DNA of 63,416 bases, filler included, from Pelomyxa schiedti (lineage: Eukaryota; Protista; Evosea), in the NCBI GenBank assembly GCA_020536535.1. It is 13 parts of 13 records of this genome, joined end to end, with 100 filler letters (N's around TTAATTAATTAA, not from the genome) between each part and the next. Parts side by side here need not be neighbours in the genome. Positions count along the whole stretch, not along the records: positions 11,549 to 14,038 come from JAHLWZ010000002.1; positions 14,139 to 16,180 come from JAHLWZ010002163.1; positions 16,281 to 17,498 come from JAHLWZ010002684.1; positions 17,599 to 18,786 come from JAHLWZ010002722.1; positions 18,887 to 20,976 come from JAHLWZ010000115.1; positions 21,077 to 26,418 come from JAHLWZ010001503.1; 7 more parts are not named here. The stretch is one strand, 5' to 3'. Position 1 is the stretch's first letter, and each line of letters begins with the position of its first letter. Of the stretch, positions 11,449 through 25,580 are shown one piece after another. The notes beneath the pieces were generated by a model. It saw nothing but the letters and a program-made list of their open reading frames with translations, was not told the DNA's origin and did no database searches. Made by a program: the position numbers and the translations under genes.

Positions 11449-12630
11449 NNNNNNNNNNNNNNNNNNNNNNNNNNNNNNNNNNNNNNNNNNNNTTAATTAA
11501 TTAANNNNNNNNNNNNNNNNNNNNNNNNNNNNNNNNNNNNNNNNNNNNACATTTCGGGTGCTCTAGTGCACGACGCATTGCGTCCAGTGGTGCCCGATAC
11601 CCCTCATCGATGCACTCGGTGGCGTACAGTTGTTCCCAGACATCTGCACTCATTCCGTTCTCGGTTTTTTTTTCGCTCCTCCTCTAATGGGAGAAGTTTC
11701 TAAGAAGAAGCGGCAAGAAAAGTCTCAGAAAAAGTTTTGATCAACCAGCCGATTTTACTCTTTTTCCTGGGAATCAAACATGTGGGCTGTTCTTCTTGAC
11801 AGTGGCTACCTTGGGGAAACTGTGGCAGCCCTGAAAAGCAAAAGGTAGGGGTCCCTTCAATCCAATTCATGCTGATACTTGATAGGGTTGTGGTGGAGTG
11901 CTTCTTTGGCTGTATGTGCATGCTATGGAGCTGTTTACTACACTCCTACAAGTTTAAAAAGGCCCACTTGAATGCAGATATCGATATCATGATTTTACTA
12001 ACAAATGAACACATCCAGTACCTTTTCTAATATTGTTTTCTGGCACTTATGTTTATTTCAGCCTGCACCAACTGAACTTGGACAAAGATTATGAGATGAG
12101 ACAGCGATTTTATGGCATGCTTAAAAAAATTGTGGATGAAGGAGAATCTAATCCTGAGCCCAAGTCAGACACTGACTCTGGATCAGAGTTGAAAGTTCGG
12201 GGTGGTGTTCAACACCTCAGTTCCAAAAAAAGAACCTTTTTTTTACCCTGATCGATTCTTCTACCATCACATAAGAAATTTTCTTCGAACTCACCATCTG
12301 AAAATTAATGGTGAAAATAGCCCTTGTGTGGCACTCACCTGGTGAGTCGGATTGTTTCCCAAATAAAGGAGTCACGAAGCTCATTTTTTTGTGAAGGCAC
12401 ACTACTTGTTTATCTGGGTTTTACTAAACAAGCACCATCAAGTAACTTGAATAACAACCCTGCACAAGGCAAGCTAGCTTTTAAGCGAAGACTCTGAGTT
12501 CTTGTGCGCGAAATCGCCACAGAGTCCCAAATTAATTAAAAAAACTTCCAGAACAGTGGGTGAATGAAGGAGCAGCCACTGTTCTGACTGTCATGTAGTT
12601 CCATTTACCTGAAATTGGGCACACTCTGAT

Positions 12631-14038
12631 TCAGAGTGCTGACTTGAGCAACTTTTGAAAAGCACAGCATGCCACTGTACAACTAACAGACATCAAATCT
12701 TGGAGTGAAGAGAAGTTTTCCAAAAAGTGATTGCTCATTTCTGCCTCATTTTGCATCTCAGTCATCTCAGTGAAGAGTTTAGCCCACACTTCATGCAACC
12801 TGTGCAAGAAGAGATCTCTATTGTGCTCGAAGGGTACTTTTTCCCTTTGGGTTGCGAGGGCCCTGATAAGTTCGTGATCATTTGAGAGTCTGTTCTTAAT
12901 GGATGCGTATAATTGGAAGAAGATCTCCAGCAATGCAAACAAAATTTGTTCAAGCTTACTCCTTTCCATTCTTGATGCTGACTGAGATTGCACTTCTAGA
13001 CTCCTTAGTTGGTATAATAACTCCACCGAAATCTCAGAGAGGTTTGCTCTTGTTATCAGGTTTTGCACTCCAGGTTCCTGAGCAGACACCAAAATCTCAC
13101 ATGTTCCTGGTTCCCCTTGCCTTCCAGCCCTTCCAAGTCCTTGACATTCCACCCGAAAATTCTGAGGGAAGAAAGTGAACACACAGTGCAACCCTGAATT
13201 GTTTTTCACTTCAGGGCTCAGGATTATATCGGTACCACGACCTGCTGTATTAGTGGCAACCGTTACGGCACCTGGTTGGCCAGCCTTAAATACAATGTAG
13301 TCTTCATCTTCTCTCTGCATTTNNNNNNNNNNNNNNNNNNNNNNNNNNNNNNNNNNNNNNNNNNNNNNNNNNNNNNNNNNNNNNNNNNNNNNNNNNNNNN
13401 NNNNNNNNNNNNNNNNNNNNNNTATATCGGTACCACGACCTGCTGTATTAGTGGCAACCGTTACGGCACCTGGTTGGCCAGCCTTAAATACAATGTAGTC
13501 TTCATCTTCTCTCTGCATTTCATTGAGTAACGAGTGGGTAATCCCCTTCAAATGCAAAAGCTTTGAAAATTCCTCACTTTCAGAAATTGATAAAAACAGT
13601 ATAAGTACGCTTCTTCTCTGAGACTGCATTGCAGAAATGGACTCCAGAATGGCTTCCCTGTGTTTCTCAGATGTGTGAAAAATCCTTGTGGGCAGTTTTT
13701 TCCTCATGCACTTGCGATTAGGTGGAACGTCGAACGAGTCTACTTTGTAAATCTCCTGCACTTCATTTCTTTCCGCTGGCTCTCCAGCTGTGCCAGTAAG
13801 GCCGAAGATACGCCGATAACGGCCAAAGAATGTAGGGTGTGATATTGACGCAATAGTGTAGCTTTGATCCTGTGGCAATAGTCCTTCCCTTGCTTCCACG
13901 AATTCATGTACACCACCCGACCACCTAGAACCATGCATGATTCTCCCAGTTCCAAGGTGCACAATCTGCACTTCTAGTTGGTGTGTGGCCTTGTTTTGAT
14001 CTACTACGTAGTCCTTCCCTTTGACCTTTTTCAGGGAT
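12631..14038 (-). CDS. SecA-like DEAD-type ATPase, C-terminal part (eukaryote-type SecA family), 5'-truncated
   Basis: SecA motifs GKDYVV, TGRIMHGSRWSGGVHEFVEAREGL, FGLTGT, VTVATNTAGRGTDI and GLHCVFTFFPQNFRVECQGLGRAGRQGEPG. No intron seen. The internal duplication flanks a 100-N gap. Confidence 0.85.
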
Positions 14039-14138
14039 NNNNNNNNNNNNNNNNNNNNNNNNNNNNNNNNNNNNNNNNNNNNTTAATTAATTAANNNNNN
14101 NNNNNNNNNNNNNNNNNNNNNNNNNNNNNNNNNNNNNN

Positions 14139-15860
14139 TCCAACAAGGAATCACCCCCGCCATTGTCCTGGATTGCTTCATGGATTTTGTTCTTGTCACG
14201 CCAGCTCACATCGAATTCACCATCAGGAGTGTCCCAGGATTAACATCGTTTGATGTGATCCAGTGCTGTGGCATGTATCCATCACCGTGTGCCCTGCCTG
14301 CCCCAATCAGGATGTGGTTGCACAGCAATTGGCCCTCCCCCTCCAAGTCGACCACCACAACACCCCCCAACTGTTCTCTCCTTTAGAAATGGGTTTTTGT
14401 TTTTTTGGTTTTTCAACAGCTGCACTTGTAATTCAATCCAGTGTGTGAATCAACAGTAGAACGACTGGTTAGGCACACAGTTACAGCTGAATAAAATAAG
14501 GGCGGTTGATCACCGAAGCTTTTTTCGTGTTGTTGTGATGATGATGGTGTGAGTATTAATGCAGGTTTGTGGAGGATGTTGTTTATGTGGAAGCGTTTTT
14601 ACTTACACGCCTTCAAGGTGTCGTTAATGGTCGAGCACTGCCTGAAATTCTTGTGTTGTTGCCACCGAAGGACCTGAAGAGTTTGCAAGGAAAGTAGTGG
14701 TCCGCCCTTTTTAATTTGGCAAACAAACAACACTTGCCACCACACACTCTCACACAGGGCTTCCAACTGATTGCCGATGAAATTATTGCCCGGCCAAGTT
14801 ACTGGTCCAATTTCAAGCTTGAAAGAGAGTTTCGTGAATTGCGCAAAGCTCCTCAGGCCGTTTACAGTGGGGATTCAAGACTTCATTCTTCAACATCCTC
14901 CACTTCATCCAGATAGTTGTGATCACCGCTTCAGATTTGTACTCCTTGGTTAGTATGTTGCCGGAGGAGGTATTGACAGTTCTGGTAATACATTGACACA
15001 GGGGACCATCGAGCTGGAAAGAAGGAACTGATGCAATGTTTTGTGCGACATTCTTTTAACAACACTGAAAACCCTGTTTTCGTTCGGCAATTCGCGCAGT
15101 GCAACGGCAAGGTTAGGAAAAGTCTTTCTTTTTTTTTTTTTCCCCTTTTGTCGTTAACTTTTGACATACCAACAGATCATACAACTTCAAGGTTGGCCTA
15201 TTATTTTATTTTTTGACATCACCTCAATTTTTGTGTGCCTCTGGCAGTTTGGAAGGCGTCTCCGGTATTACCAGGAATCCACAAACGCCATTTCTATATA
15301 AAGGCCTCAATGGTAATGATTTGCTTTGACCTGTCCGGTATGATCTCCGTCTTTGCGTTCTCCTCCCTTTTAGTTTCGAGTGGTTTTGACATTGATTCCA
15401 AAACAATAACAACAACAGAGAGACGTTCCTTTGACAATCTGATACACTGGTTTGATGAAGTGGGTTTTAACTTCACGGTTTCAGTCAAACAATCTGGAAT
15501 CAACAACTAACTTCTACTAGGAGGAAACACTGATTGTTCTTGTTGGGATGAAATCAGACTTGCCCGGTCGAGCAGCTACAGCCAAAGAAGTTTGTGTCTC
15601 ACCAATCCATCACTGGGTATTCATACATACAAACCTCCTTTCAATTCCTCCGTTTTTTTTTCTTTCAGATTGCGTTTCTGTGCACTGAAATGCGGGAACA
15701 TATTCGTTTCCTGCATGAAATAGTGTATGTTGAAGCAAGCAGCCTCACAGGCTACAACGTGGACCTGGTGTTCAAGGTTGCCACACACATCGCAATGCAA
15801 CCCATTATCACACTGTATCAACCACAAAATCGCCAAAAAAAAGACTGTCTTGTGTGCTGA
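14139..15860 (+). CDS. Rab/Ras-like GTPase-fold protein with degenerate G1/G3 motifs and an N-terminal extension, multi-exon
   Basis: Spliced: RFVLLGDHRAGKKELM..IIQLQVWKASP..VMICFDLSERRSFDNLIHWFDE..IVLVGMKSDL..YVEASSLTGYNVDLVF..KKDCLVC*. The 5' structure is uncertain. Confidence 0.75.
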
Positions 15861-15975
15861 GAACACAAACTTGTATGCCACCACGCAAGACTACCAGAGG
15901 TTGTAATAATCTTATGAGAACATGAAAGTAATTACATGTGACATCATTACACTTTACATCATGCCAGTATCATCA

Positions 15976-16180
15976 TCACATCAACAGACAGTGGTCCTTT
16001 TTGTGGAGTGGTGTTGGTTGTGACAGTGGTGAATTCGTGGCGCAGCAAATGCCGCGAACAGCATCCTCGAGAGCAAGAACACCAAGGGCAGTGAGCAGCT
16101 CGGGAATGTTCATCATTGTTTTGGCTGAGACCTGGATGAATCCCTCAAAGTTGTGCTCCTTGGCAAATTTCAGCCCTTGT
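15976..16180 (-). CDS. 3' fragment of a small GTPase with a CaaX box
   Basis: QGLKFAKEHNFEGFIQVSAKTMMNIPELL..KKDHCLLM*, containing G5 SAK and CaaX CLLM. Confidence 0.75.
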
Positions 16181-17140
16181 NNNNNNNNNNNNNNNNNNNN
16201 NNNNNNNNNNNNNNNNNNNNNNNNTTAATTAATTAANNNNNNNNNNNNNNNNNNNNNNNNNNNNNNNNNNNNNNNNNNNNCAGTGTATAAATGGCGCCAG
16301 CACAGCACGTCTCCATCCACGCGTAGTTCTACGAACCTCGAGCCAGTCGGCTGGCTGTAACTGCTCATCACTCTTTCGGTGAATAATGAGATTTTGATCT
16401 TTGGCATCTCAATCCGTTTTTGCCTCGTTGAGCAATGGTTCTTTTTTTTTACTGGGGTCCGAGAGTACCACACACCGTGTGTGTTTGTGTGACAAAGCCG
16501 GGTGCTGCAGTGCCATTGTTGTTGCATTGATGCATCACTTGCTGTGCCTCTTGTGCCGACAGAGTGTCAGCAGACCGGTACTGTGCGACAGTGACAGGGA
16601 ATGAGGCCGTTGCTGGGTTTCCTGCTGTATCCGTAACACTGCAACTTACTGTTGTCTTACCCTTGGATAAATATTAGTTAACTCCAGTTCCAGGGCGCGA
16701 AGTAGAACAGGGTCTTCGAGAGGAGCAGGCAGCGCGACCCTCGGCGGAATGATGCAAAGGGGTACACATAGAAGGGTCGGTGGAGGGCAAGTTGGTGCAA
16801 TGCGTACACAGCCGCGCCGAAGCGGACGACGCGGAACACTCTGTAAATGAAGAGGCGTCGTCGCACACACTACACGTGGAACCTCGTGCAAACAACTACA
16901 TCAGATCGCACTAAACGCCGCCAAAGATCCAGATATCGCTTTTTTTTTTTCCTTTTCCATCACAGAGAATTCCAGCAACCCAAGAAGCTTCACACCGATG
17001 CTTCTGAAGCCCCAGAGCGCGCCCTGAATTCTCGCTTGGGATACTGGACAAGGGGAGCTACACCACCTGAACAATTTTCCGATAAAACCGAAAGAAACAA
17101 CAGCCGAGTCGAAACACTACAGCAGCAACCCATAAGTACG

Positions 17141-17498
17141 ATGGCGGGAATGGACTTTGCGAAATGGGAGGAGACGATACGCCAGTGTCACGTGTTGCCG
17201 ATGGACGACCTCAAAAAACTCTGCGACAGAGTAACAACTAACCCTACTTTTTTTTTTTGAAATTGTTGAAGGTTGGTGACTAAAACCACATGGTAATAGG
17301 CAAAAGAGATATTGCTGGAAGAATCCAATGTTCAACCAGTGTCTTCCCCTGTGACGGTATTCCCTTATTATTCATGCTGTGTTAAATAGAAATTGTTAAT
17401 TCGAATTTAACAGATTTGTGGAGATATCCACGGGCAATTCTGGGACCTTCTCAAACTGTTTGCCACTGGTGGTGAACTGCCTGAGACTAAATACATTT
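17141..17498 (+). CDS. PP2A-family Ser/Thr phosphatase catalytic subunit (PP6/Sit4-like), 5' fragment with two introns
   Basis: MAGMDFAKWEETIRQCHVLPMDDLKKLCDR|AKEILLEESNVQPVSSPVT|ICGDIHGQFWDLLKLFATGGELPETKYI. Confidence 0.9.
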
Positions 17499-18090
17499 NN
17501 NNNNNNNNNNNNNNNNNNNNNNNNNNNNNNNNNNNNNNNNNNTTAATTAATTAANNNNNNNNNNNNNNNNNNNNNNNNNNNNNNNNNNNNNNNNNNNNAG
17601 AACAGTGAGGGGGAGATCCAGGAGTGTGCCAGGAACATCTCAACACTCACAAAAAAAGTATGGGGAATCAAGTCCTCCTCCACATTGGCATCAACCTCAG
17701 AAATGGAGATGGTTCCAAAAGAAGAAGCAGGTAAAAACAAAAATGCACACAGTACTTTTATTTGACAAACAACACAGAGGGTGATCACGACAACCCTGTG
17801 GATGGCATTCTGATGAAACCTCTTCTGACTGTGAATGATCCACAGCCTCATACGTTCACCCAGCTCCTTTGACAGCACTGTGTGTCTGTTGGCGAGCTTT
17901 GTGCACTCCTCAAAATGGCACCTCTGGAGCTGCGCCAGTGTGTATGCTTCTGTGTATGTTGTGCTTGAACTAATGTGGGGATACTCACTCAATAACAGAA
18001 GACAGAAAGAGATGAATTCGATTGGAATAAAGGGTTCTATTGTTTGCCTTGTGTTTGTTGTTTATTTGTTTGTGTTTGTGTGTTTTCCGA

Positions 18091-18285
18091 TGTGATTCTG
18101 AGCTTGGAGCGTCAAGCTTATAAAGGCCTTGAAATTGAGTCGAATGATCATGGAGATTTCCGTGAAGTTGATTTCCAAATTCGTTAAGTCCGTGCTGCTG
18201 ACTCAGCACCTGAGTCTCTCAGTCCTGCGTTGCTTCAGCAGTTTGCATTGAAGAGTTTGCCTGTGGATTCACTGAATCACACACA
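18091..18285 (-). repeat. Putative 3' LTR (distal end uncertain, may extend to about 18000)
   Basis: Starts with TG right after the PPT. There is a 9/10 inverted match TGTGATTC(A/T)G at 18091 and a TATA-like tttataag near 18120. An AATAAA at about 18062 suggests a longer LTR. Confidence 0.45.
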
Positions 18286-18786
18286 CTCCCCCTCCTTCTG
18301 AGATCAATCACTCTCTGCATCCTACACAATTCTCCTTGAATTCCCAAGTATCATCTTCAGGCTTGTATCCTTTCCAGTGAATCAGATACTGTCTCTTGCC
18401 TTTGTGGATTCTGCTATCAAGTATTCTCTCTACTTCGAAAATTCCATCATCGGGCTTAGTTTTCTCAGCTTCAGCACCTTTGCTCAGTTGCTTTGGTGCT
18501 TGCCTGAGTCTGTTTCCTTCATTGGTCTTTCATTCCAGTGATGCCAATGTTGACTAGTTTCTGCACTAATGCTCCTTCCAGTGTCTCCAGTCTAGCTGTG
18601 CCAGGAAAGGGAAGTGACCCGATCCTGAATGGTCCTTTCCACTTGTTGGCTAGCTTCCCCTTTGTGTGTGCATCTTGCTGTACTTCAGCGTGAATACAAG
18701 GTCTCCAACTTTGAAAGATTCTCTGGCGTTGTTGATTGATTTGGAGTCCCAAGCTTGCCTTGTTAGTTCCGCTGTATGTTGTGCAA
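18286..18786 (-). mobile_element. Ty3/Gypsy chromovirus 3' end: integrase GPY/F motif, chromodomain and polypurine tract (degenerate)
   Basis: KLANKWKGPFRI (GPY/F motif); [33 protein letters not shown] (chromodomain, about 18308-18451); PPT agaaggagggggag at 18299-18286 immediately followed by TG. Confidence 0.85.
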
Positions 18787-18886
18787 NNNNNNNNNNNNNN
18801 NNNNNNNNNNNNNNNNNNNNNNNNNNNNNNTTAATTAATTAANNNNNNNNNNNNNNNNNNNNNNNNNNNNNNNNNNNNNNNNNNNN

Positions 18887-20976
<2,090 letters not shown>

Positions 20977-21076
20977 NNNNNNNNNNNNNNNNNNNNNNNN
21001 NNNNNNNNNNNNNNNNNNNNTTAATTAATTAANNNNNNNNNNNNNNNNNNNNNNNNNNNNNNNNNNNNNNNNNNNN

Positions 21077-21660
21077 GTCACTGGGGTGGTGGACATGGTA
21101 ATGCCGTGGGAGGTGCGCACGGCGGCGCTTGATGGTGAGCATTCACTGGTGGTGTCGCAGGGGTTCAAGGGCCCTGGTGTAATGCTCGTCGACTTGGAGG
21201 CCACTCTCAAACAGAACAGGCTGATTGCCGGCCCCCCTCCAGTGCCCAGTGGCTTCAAAGGCGAGGGAAAAATTTCCTCCATGATTGGCTGGAAGGGTAT
21301 GACCTGTCCGTTATTGCAATAACGCGGAGCACTGATCAACTGTTGTGCCTGACAACAGGCCAGACCACTGCATTGCAAGGAGAAGGAGAGCCAATTGGTG
21401 GCCAATACTACGCAGTCGAGCATCGTTGTGTCTGTACGAAGCTGATCAGGGATGTCTTCAGTGTTGTTGACCCAACAGTGCGGTGTTGCAGCCTCAGCCA
21501 ACTGTGGGAAAGTGAGAGAATGTATTTCAAGAATGAGTTTTCTGTTAGAATACCTGATGAAACCAAAGACGGGCAGCAGTACATTGAAGTGATCGATGCT
21601 ATTTCTGGCCTTGTTCTCTTCCAAATGGAAATCAGAGGGGGATATATCACCTTGGTGTGA
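21077..21660 (+). CDS. 3' fragment of a hypothetical protein (probably with one intron)
   Basis: Consecutive coding-like ORFs 21086-21322 and 21343-21660 (..IEVIDAISGLVLFQMEI..), similar in style to the 42434 fragment. Confidence 0.4.
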
Positions 21661-22129
21661 TGGACCTTGCCTGAAATCAACTCAGTAACCTAAAGGAAGT
21701 TGTATATTACTCTACAAACCCAAATGCTTGCTTTATCCACAAATTGTTGCCACCCTCTCTCAAAGAATGTGGGGTCACAACAAAGTGTAAAAGGGGAAGG
21801 TTTTGAGTTAGTCAGAACCATCATCAATTTGTGGGCCTCTGCCTGTGTCGACGACTGTGCTCCAACAATCATTAATGCGATGGGTAAGAATAATGTGATC
21901 CAGACTGCCGAAAGAAGAAACTGATTGTTTGATCGATGGCGCAACTGAACGAATCCTCTGTTGATGATGTCCCTGCGTACACCAAGGTCGTTGACATCAA
22001 AGACCAAATCGACGCGCGGAGCCAGGATACTCTCACTACTCTTTAAACTACAGAAGGCCTCAGCACTCTGAGGATTTTCAAAAGCAACAAAGAAGTGCAG
22101 ATTTATTTGACTATTATCCCCCAAGCCCA

Positions 22130-22525
22130 GACCAAATCCATGAAGCCTGGGTTAAAACTCAACTAAACTAAATTTAGATCCCCAAGAAGAGACATAAGTA
22201 AAAGTAATCTATATGCTCAAATGCTAGACCCTATTACCTGCAACTTGAAGAAATCACAAAATCCAATATAGAAAGCTTTACTGAGCAATTACAATAAGAA
22301 ACTCAACCCAATCCCCCATCAGACAGAAACAGACATTGAAGCAGCTATTCTATCCTGCAAATCAAGATCGGCCCCTGGCTCAGATGGGGTGACCTTTGCA
22401 GACTCCCCAAACTCTCAGCATCGATTCTGTGCAACATGTTCTATTGGCTATCAATAGAACACCTTGTCCCAGATCACTTCAACGATTCCCTTTTCTTTGC
22501 ATTTCCCAATGTGGAAGGGACCAAA
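22130..22525 (+). mobile_element. Degenerate non-LTR (LINE) reverse transcriptase fragment
   Basis: ETDIEAAILSCKSRSAPGSDGVTF (RT domain 0, SAPGPDG type), then in a shifted frame ILCNMFYWLSIEHLVPDHFNDSLFFAFP, matching LFN..LP..FNES..IPK. Confidence 0.7.
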
Positions 22526-25500
22526 CTGGTTTTCCTCCATAGCTGCCCTCCTGTGCAGTATAAATGCCTGAAAAAGGTCTTTTCCAACACCATCACCATT
22601 GTAATAACAGGCTGCAAGATTGCGCATTGCTTTAGTATCACCAACATCAGTAGCCCTCTGATACAGTGTCACTGCCTTGTGGGCATCCTTGTGGGCACCA
22701 TCACCATTTTCATAACACACACCAAGGTTGTACATTGCAGTAGCATGACCAGCATCAGCAGCCCTTTGCCACAGTATCACTGCCTTGTGCATATCCTTCT
22801 CTACACCATAACCATTTTTATAACACACACCAAGGTTGTACATTGCAGTGGCATGTCCAGCATCAGCGGCCCTCTGCCACAGTGTCACTGCCTTGTGAAT
22901 GTCCCTGTCAACACCTTTACCTGTGAAATAACACAGAGCAAGGTTGCACATTGCCCCAGCATGACCAGCATAAGCAGCTGTCTGGTACAGTGTCACTGCC
23001 TTGCAAGTGTTTGTGGAAACACAACCAAGACCAAAATAATAGCAGAGGCCCAAAAGAGTAGCAGGGTGAATCTGCCCCACAGAATGCGTCATCATGGGTG
23101 CACTCATTTCAAAAATGGGTGATGGATGTTGTTGGTGGTTGTATGAAGAGCAGCACAACATACTCCACAGGCCAACAAAGAACATGCAAGACCATGATTG
23201 TTCTTCTGGTGATGATTGTTGATGCATGTTGGTTCTCAAAGATGCTGTGGACACAAGGGCAGCCCATTCTTTCTCCGAGGTGTAATGCAACACACGCATG
23301 CAATGTTCTCTCATTTCCTCCAATGAGAAGGAGATGGCATGAGAGAAAGCCAGAGACAGGCAGGTTGGAATGTGCTGATGAAGTGTCACGTGGTCATCAA
23401 AGACAAGACAGAGACAAACAAGGAACAACAGTCCAGGCAGGTAATTACACTTAATTTCGTCTGTGGTTGGATGTTAATCAAAATGAATAAAGAAAGAACA
23501 CACCATCTATCTCGTAATCAAACAGGGCGTTTTCAACAAGACCTAGGGCAGAGTCAATGTTTCCCACTTGCAGCTGCACAAGTGCTTCCATCATCATCTC
23601 ATTTCGTGTGTAAATCACACTCCTCAAAAAAATGGAGACTTGTGGAACTGCATCACGTATCACTGAGTTCCCAGATGTCACTTGTTGATGGTGTTGTTCT
23701 TGCCCAATTGATGATTCTGGGTCCTTTTTCAAAAGCAACAAGGTGGTGTTGTGGAAACCTTCAGCATCACATGAAATGTGCCTTGCCCAGAGTGCCGTCA
23801 ACACCAATTCAGGGAGTGTGTTTCTGTGTTTCTTGTTGATGATGGCTCTTGTGAATCCCACGTCTGTGGCTGTGAATGATGCTGTCTTGCCTCTCAGTGA
23901 TGCTTGAACTGCTTCTTTATTACGACTGTAAATCTTCTTGTGCTGGCATGAAGAGAGATAATGCAAAAGCAACAAAGCAGGTGAAAAGGAAGGTTCGACA
24001 TCCAGTGCCCTGTTGAGGGTGTCAACACAGTCTACTGTGGAGGAACCACAAAGAATCTGACACACTGCCTTGCTTGTCAGTGTTCCTGAAATGGGTAAGT
24101 GGAAAAAGCACTTCTGGATGTTAGTGATTACAACCTGCATCATTTGTCAGAGGAACAACAGAAGAGTAAAATGAGAGGAGTTCAGAAGGGCTTGGTGGCT
24201 CAATGTTCAACAGAACCTCAAATGCATCCAAGAGTGGCATTCTCTTGTTGGGGTCAAATTGCAGCAATGAACGAACGAGGTCACAGAACTCCTTTGGGAA
24301 CTGTGGTGATTTCATGGGGAACAGCTCCTCACTCTCAATTGAAAACGTGACATTTCCACTTGGGCCATAACCACCAGGGTATCCTGGAAGTGGGTGCTTC
24401 CCACACATGGCAAGTTCGAACAGGATGCACCCAAGTTCAAATGATGGTTGCTGTTTGGGGTCATGTGAGAAAGTTTCACATTATCAGATAAATACCTTGT
24501 CACAGCACAACGTTGAAGAGTGATCAGGGTTCTGCCTGTGTCTTGCAATTTTGTTGATGATCTCAGGTGCTCTGTGACTTGTATTTCCTGCGACTGAAAT
24601 AAGACTCACCATTTCGATCTCGAATTGTCTTCTTGTGGGGGTTCTTGGAAACTTTGTTGCACACCCAAGATCAATCAAAATCACTTGTTCTTTGTTCTGT
24701 TGTTCATTAAATTGCATGAGTATTTTGAGTGAACAAAAACACACAGAAGAAACAACGATGTTGTCCAGTTTGATGTCAAAGTGAATGGTTTGGTTCACGA
24801 AAAGATGAACAAGAGCAGCACAGATATCCCTTGAATACTTGTGAACAATGGGCCATGGCGTTGTGTGGGGGCCAAGTTTTGGAGCCCTGCTGTTGATGCG
24901 CCTTGATAATTGTTCCAATGTCTCAGAGTGATGCTCAAGGACGACCCACACACACGCATGCATCCTCTTTTGAACTGGGTCAAATGCCAACTCTTTGGCC
25001 ACGGTTGGGAGGTGGTGGTAATACTCTGGTGGGATCCGGTCTGTGAAATGACAGAAGTATCGGTTGATGTTTGGATGTGGCTCCAATGTGGAAGAAACAA
25101 TGTATTCATTCTGTGTGATGGAAGAAATTGTAGTAATGTATTTTATAAAAGGAATACCTCGAAGGCATTCTGGACACTTGTAGTTGTGACACCATAATTG
25201 AAGAGAGCCTTGAGGACATAAGACTGGTCCCTGAACAGCTCAGGGTGCCCCTCCCCAATGCACTTCACCTCATAAACAATCCCTGTCATCCATCACGAAG
25301 TGGTGTCATTTTGAGTCAGAAAAGACAACAGGGGTAGTGGTTTGTGTGACTTGAGTTGAGCACAAGTTGTGTAAAAGTGATTTCACACACCACAACAGCC
25401 GTGTGAGATGCATCTCACAAGCCTGAAGTTTGTTGACACAACCACACTCCCCGACGAGTTTTGCACGTCATTGATTGTGGCGGACTTGCCCAGCCTCGTG

Positions 25501-25580
25501 AAGAACGCATCGCGGTCCTGAATGGATCTCTGGAACTCGTCATAACCAACACTCCGCGCCGTTGCTGGACTATTCCCCAT
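22451..25580 (-). CDS. PINK1-like protein kinase fused to a helical region and Sel1 repeats, multi-exon
   Basis: Starts MGNS. Kinase motifs ISHGCCG|IVYEV, VLKALFNY, HPNINRYFCHFT, IHFDIKLDNIVV, LIDLG, GNTSHRAPE, FELGCILFEL. About 5 Sel1 repeats (AMYNLGVCYKNGYGVEKD). Exons join in frame via GT-AG introns. Confidence 0.8.

Noticed and set aside
21690-22124. 144-aa minus-strand ORF next to the LINE fragment (also weak ORFs at 11700-12400 and 16281-16890)
   Set aside because: No ATG start or recognisable motif, so a call cannot be supported.
22600-23000. 108-bp periodic DNA repeat as a CRISPR-like or satellite array
   Set aside because: It is simply the 36-aa Sel1 repeat coding sequence.
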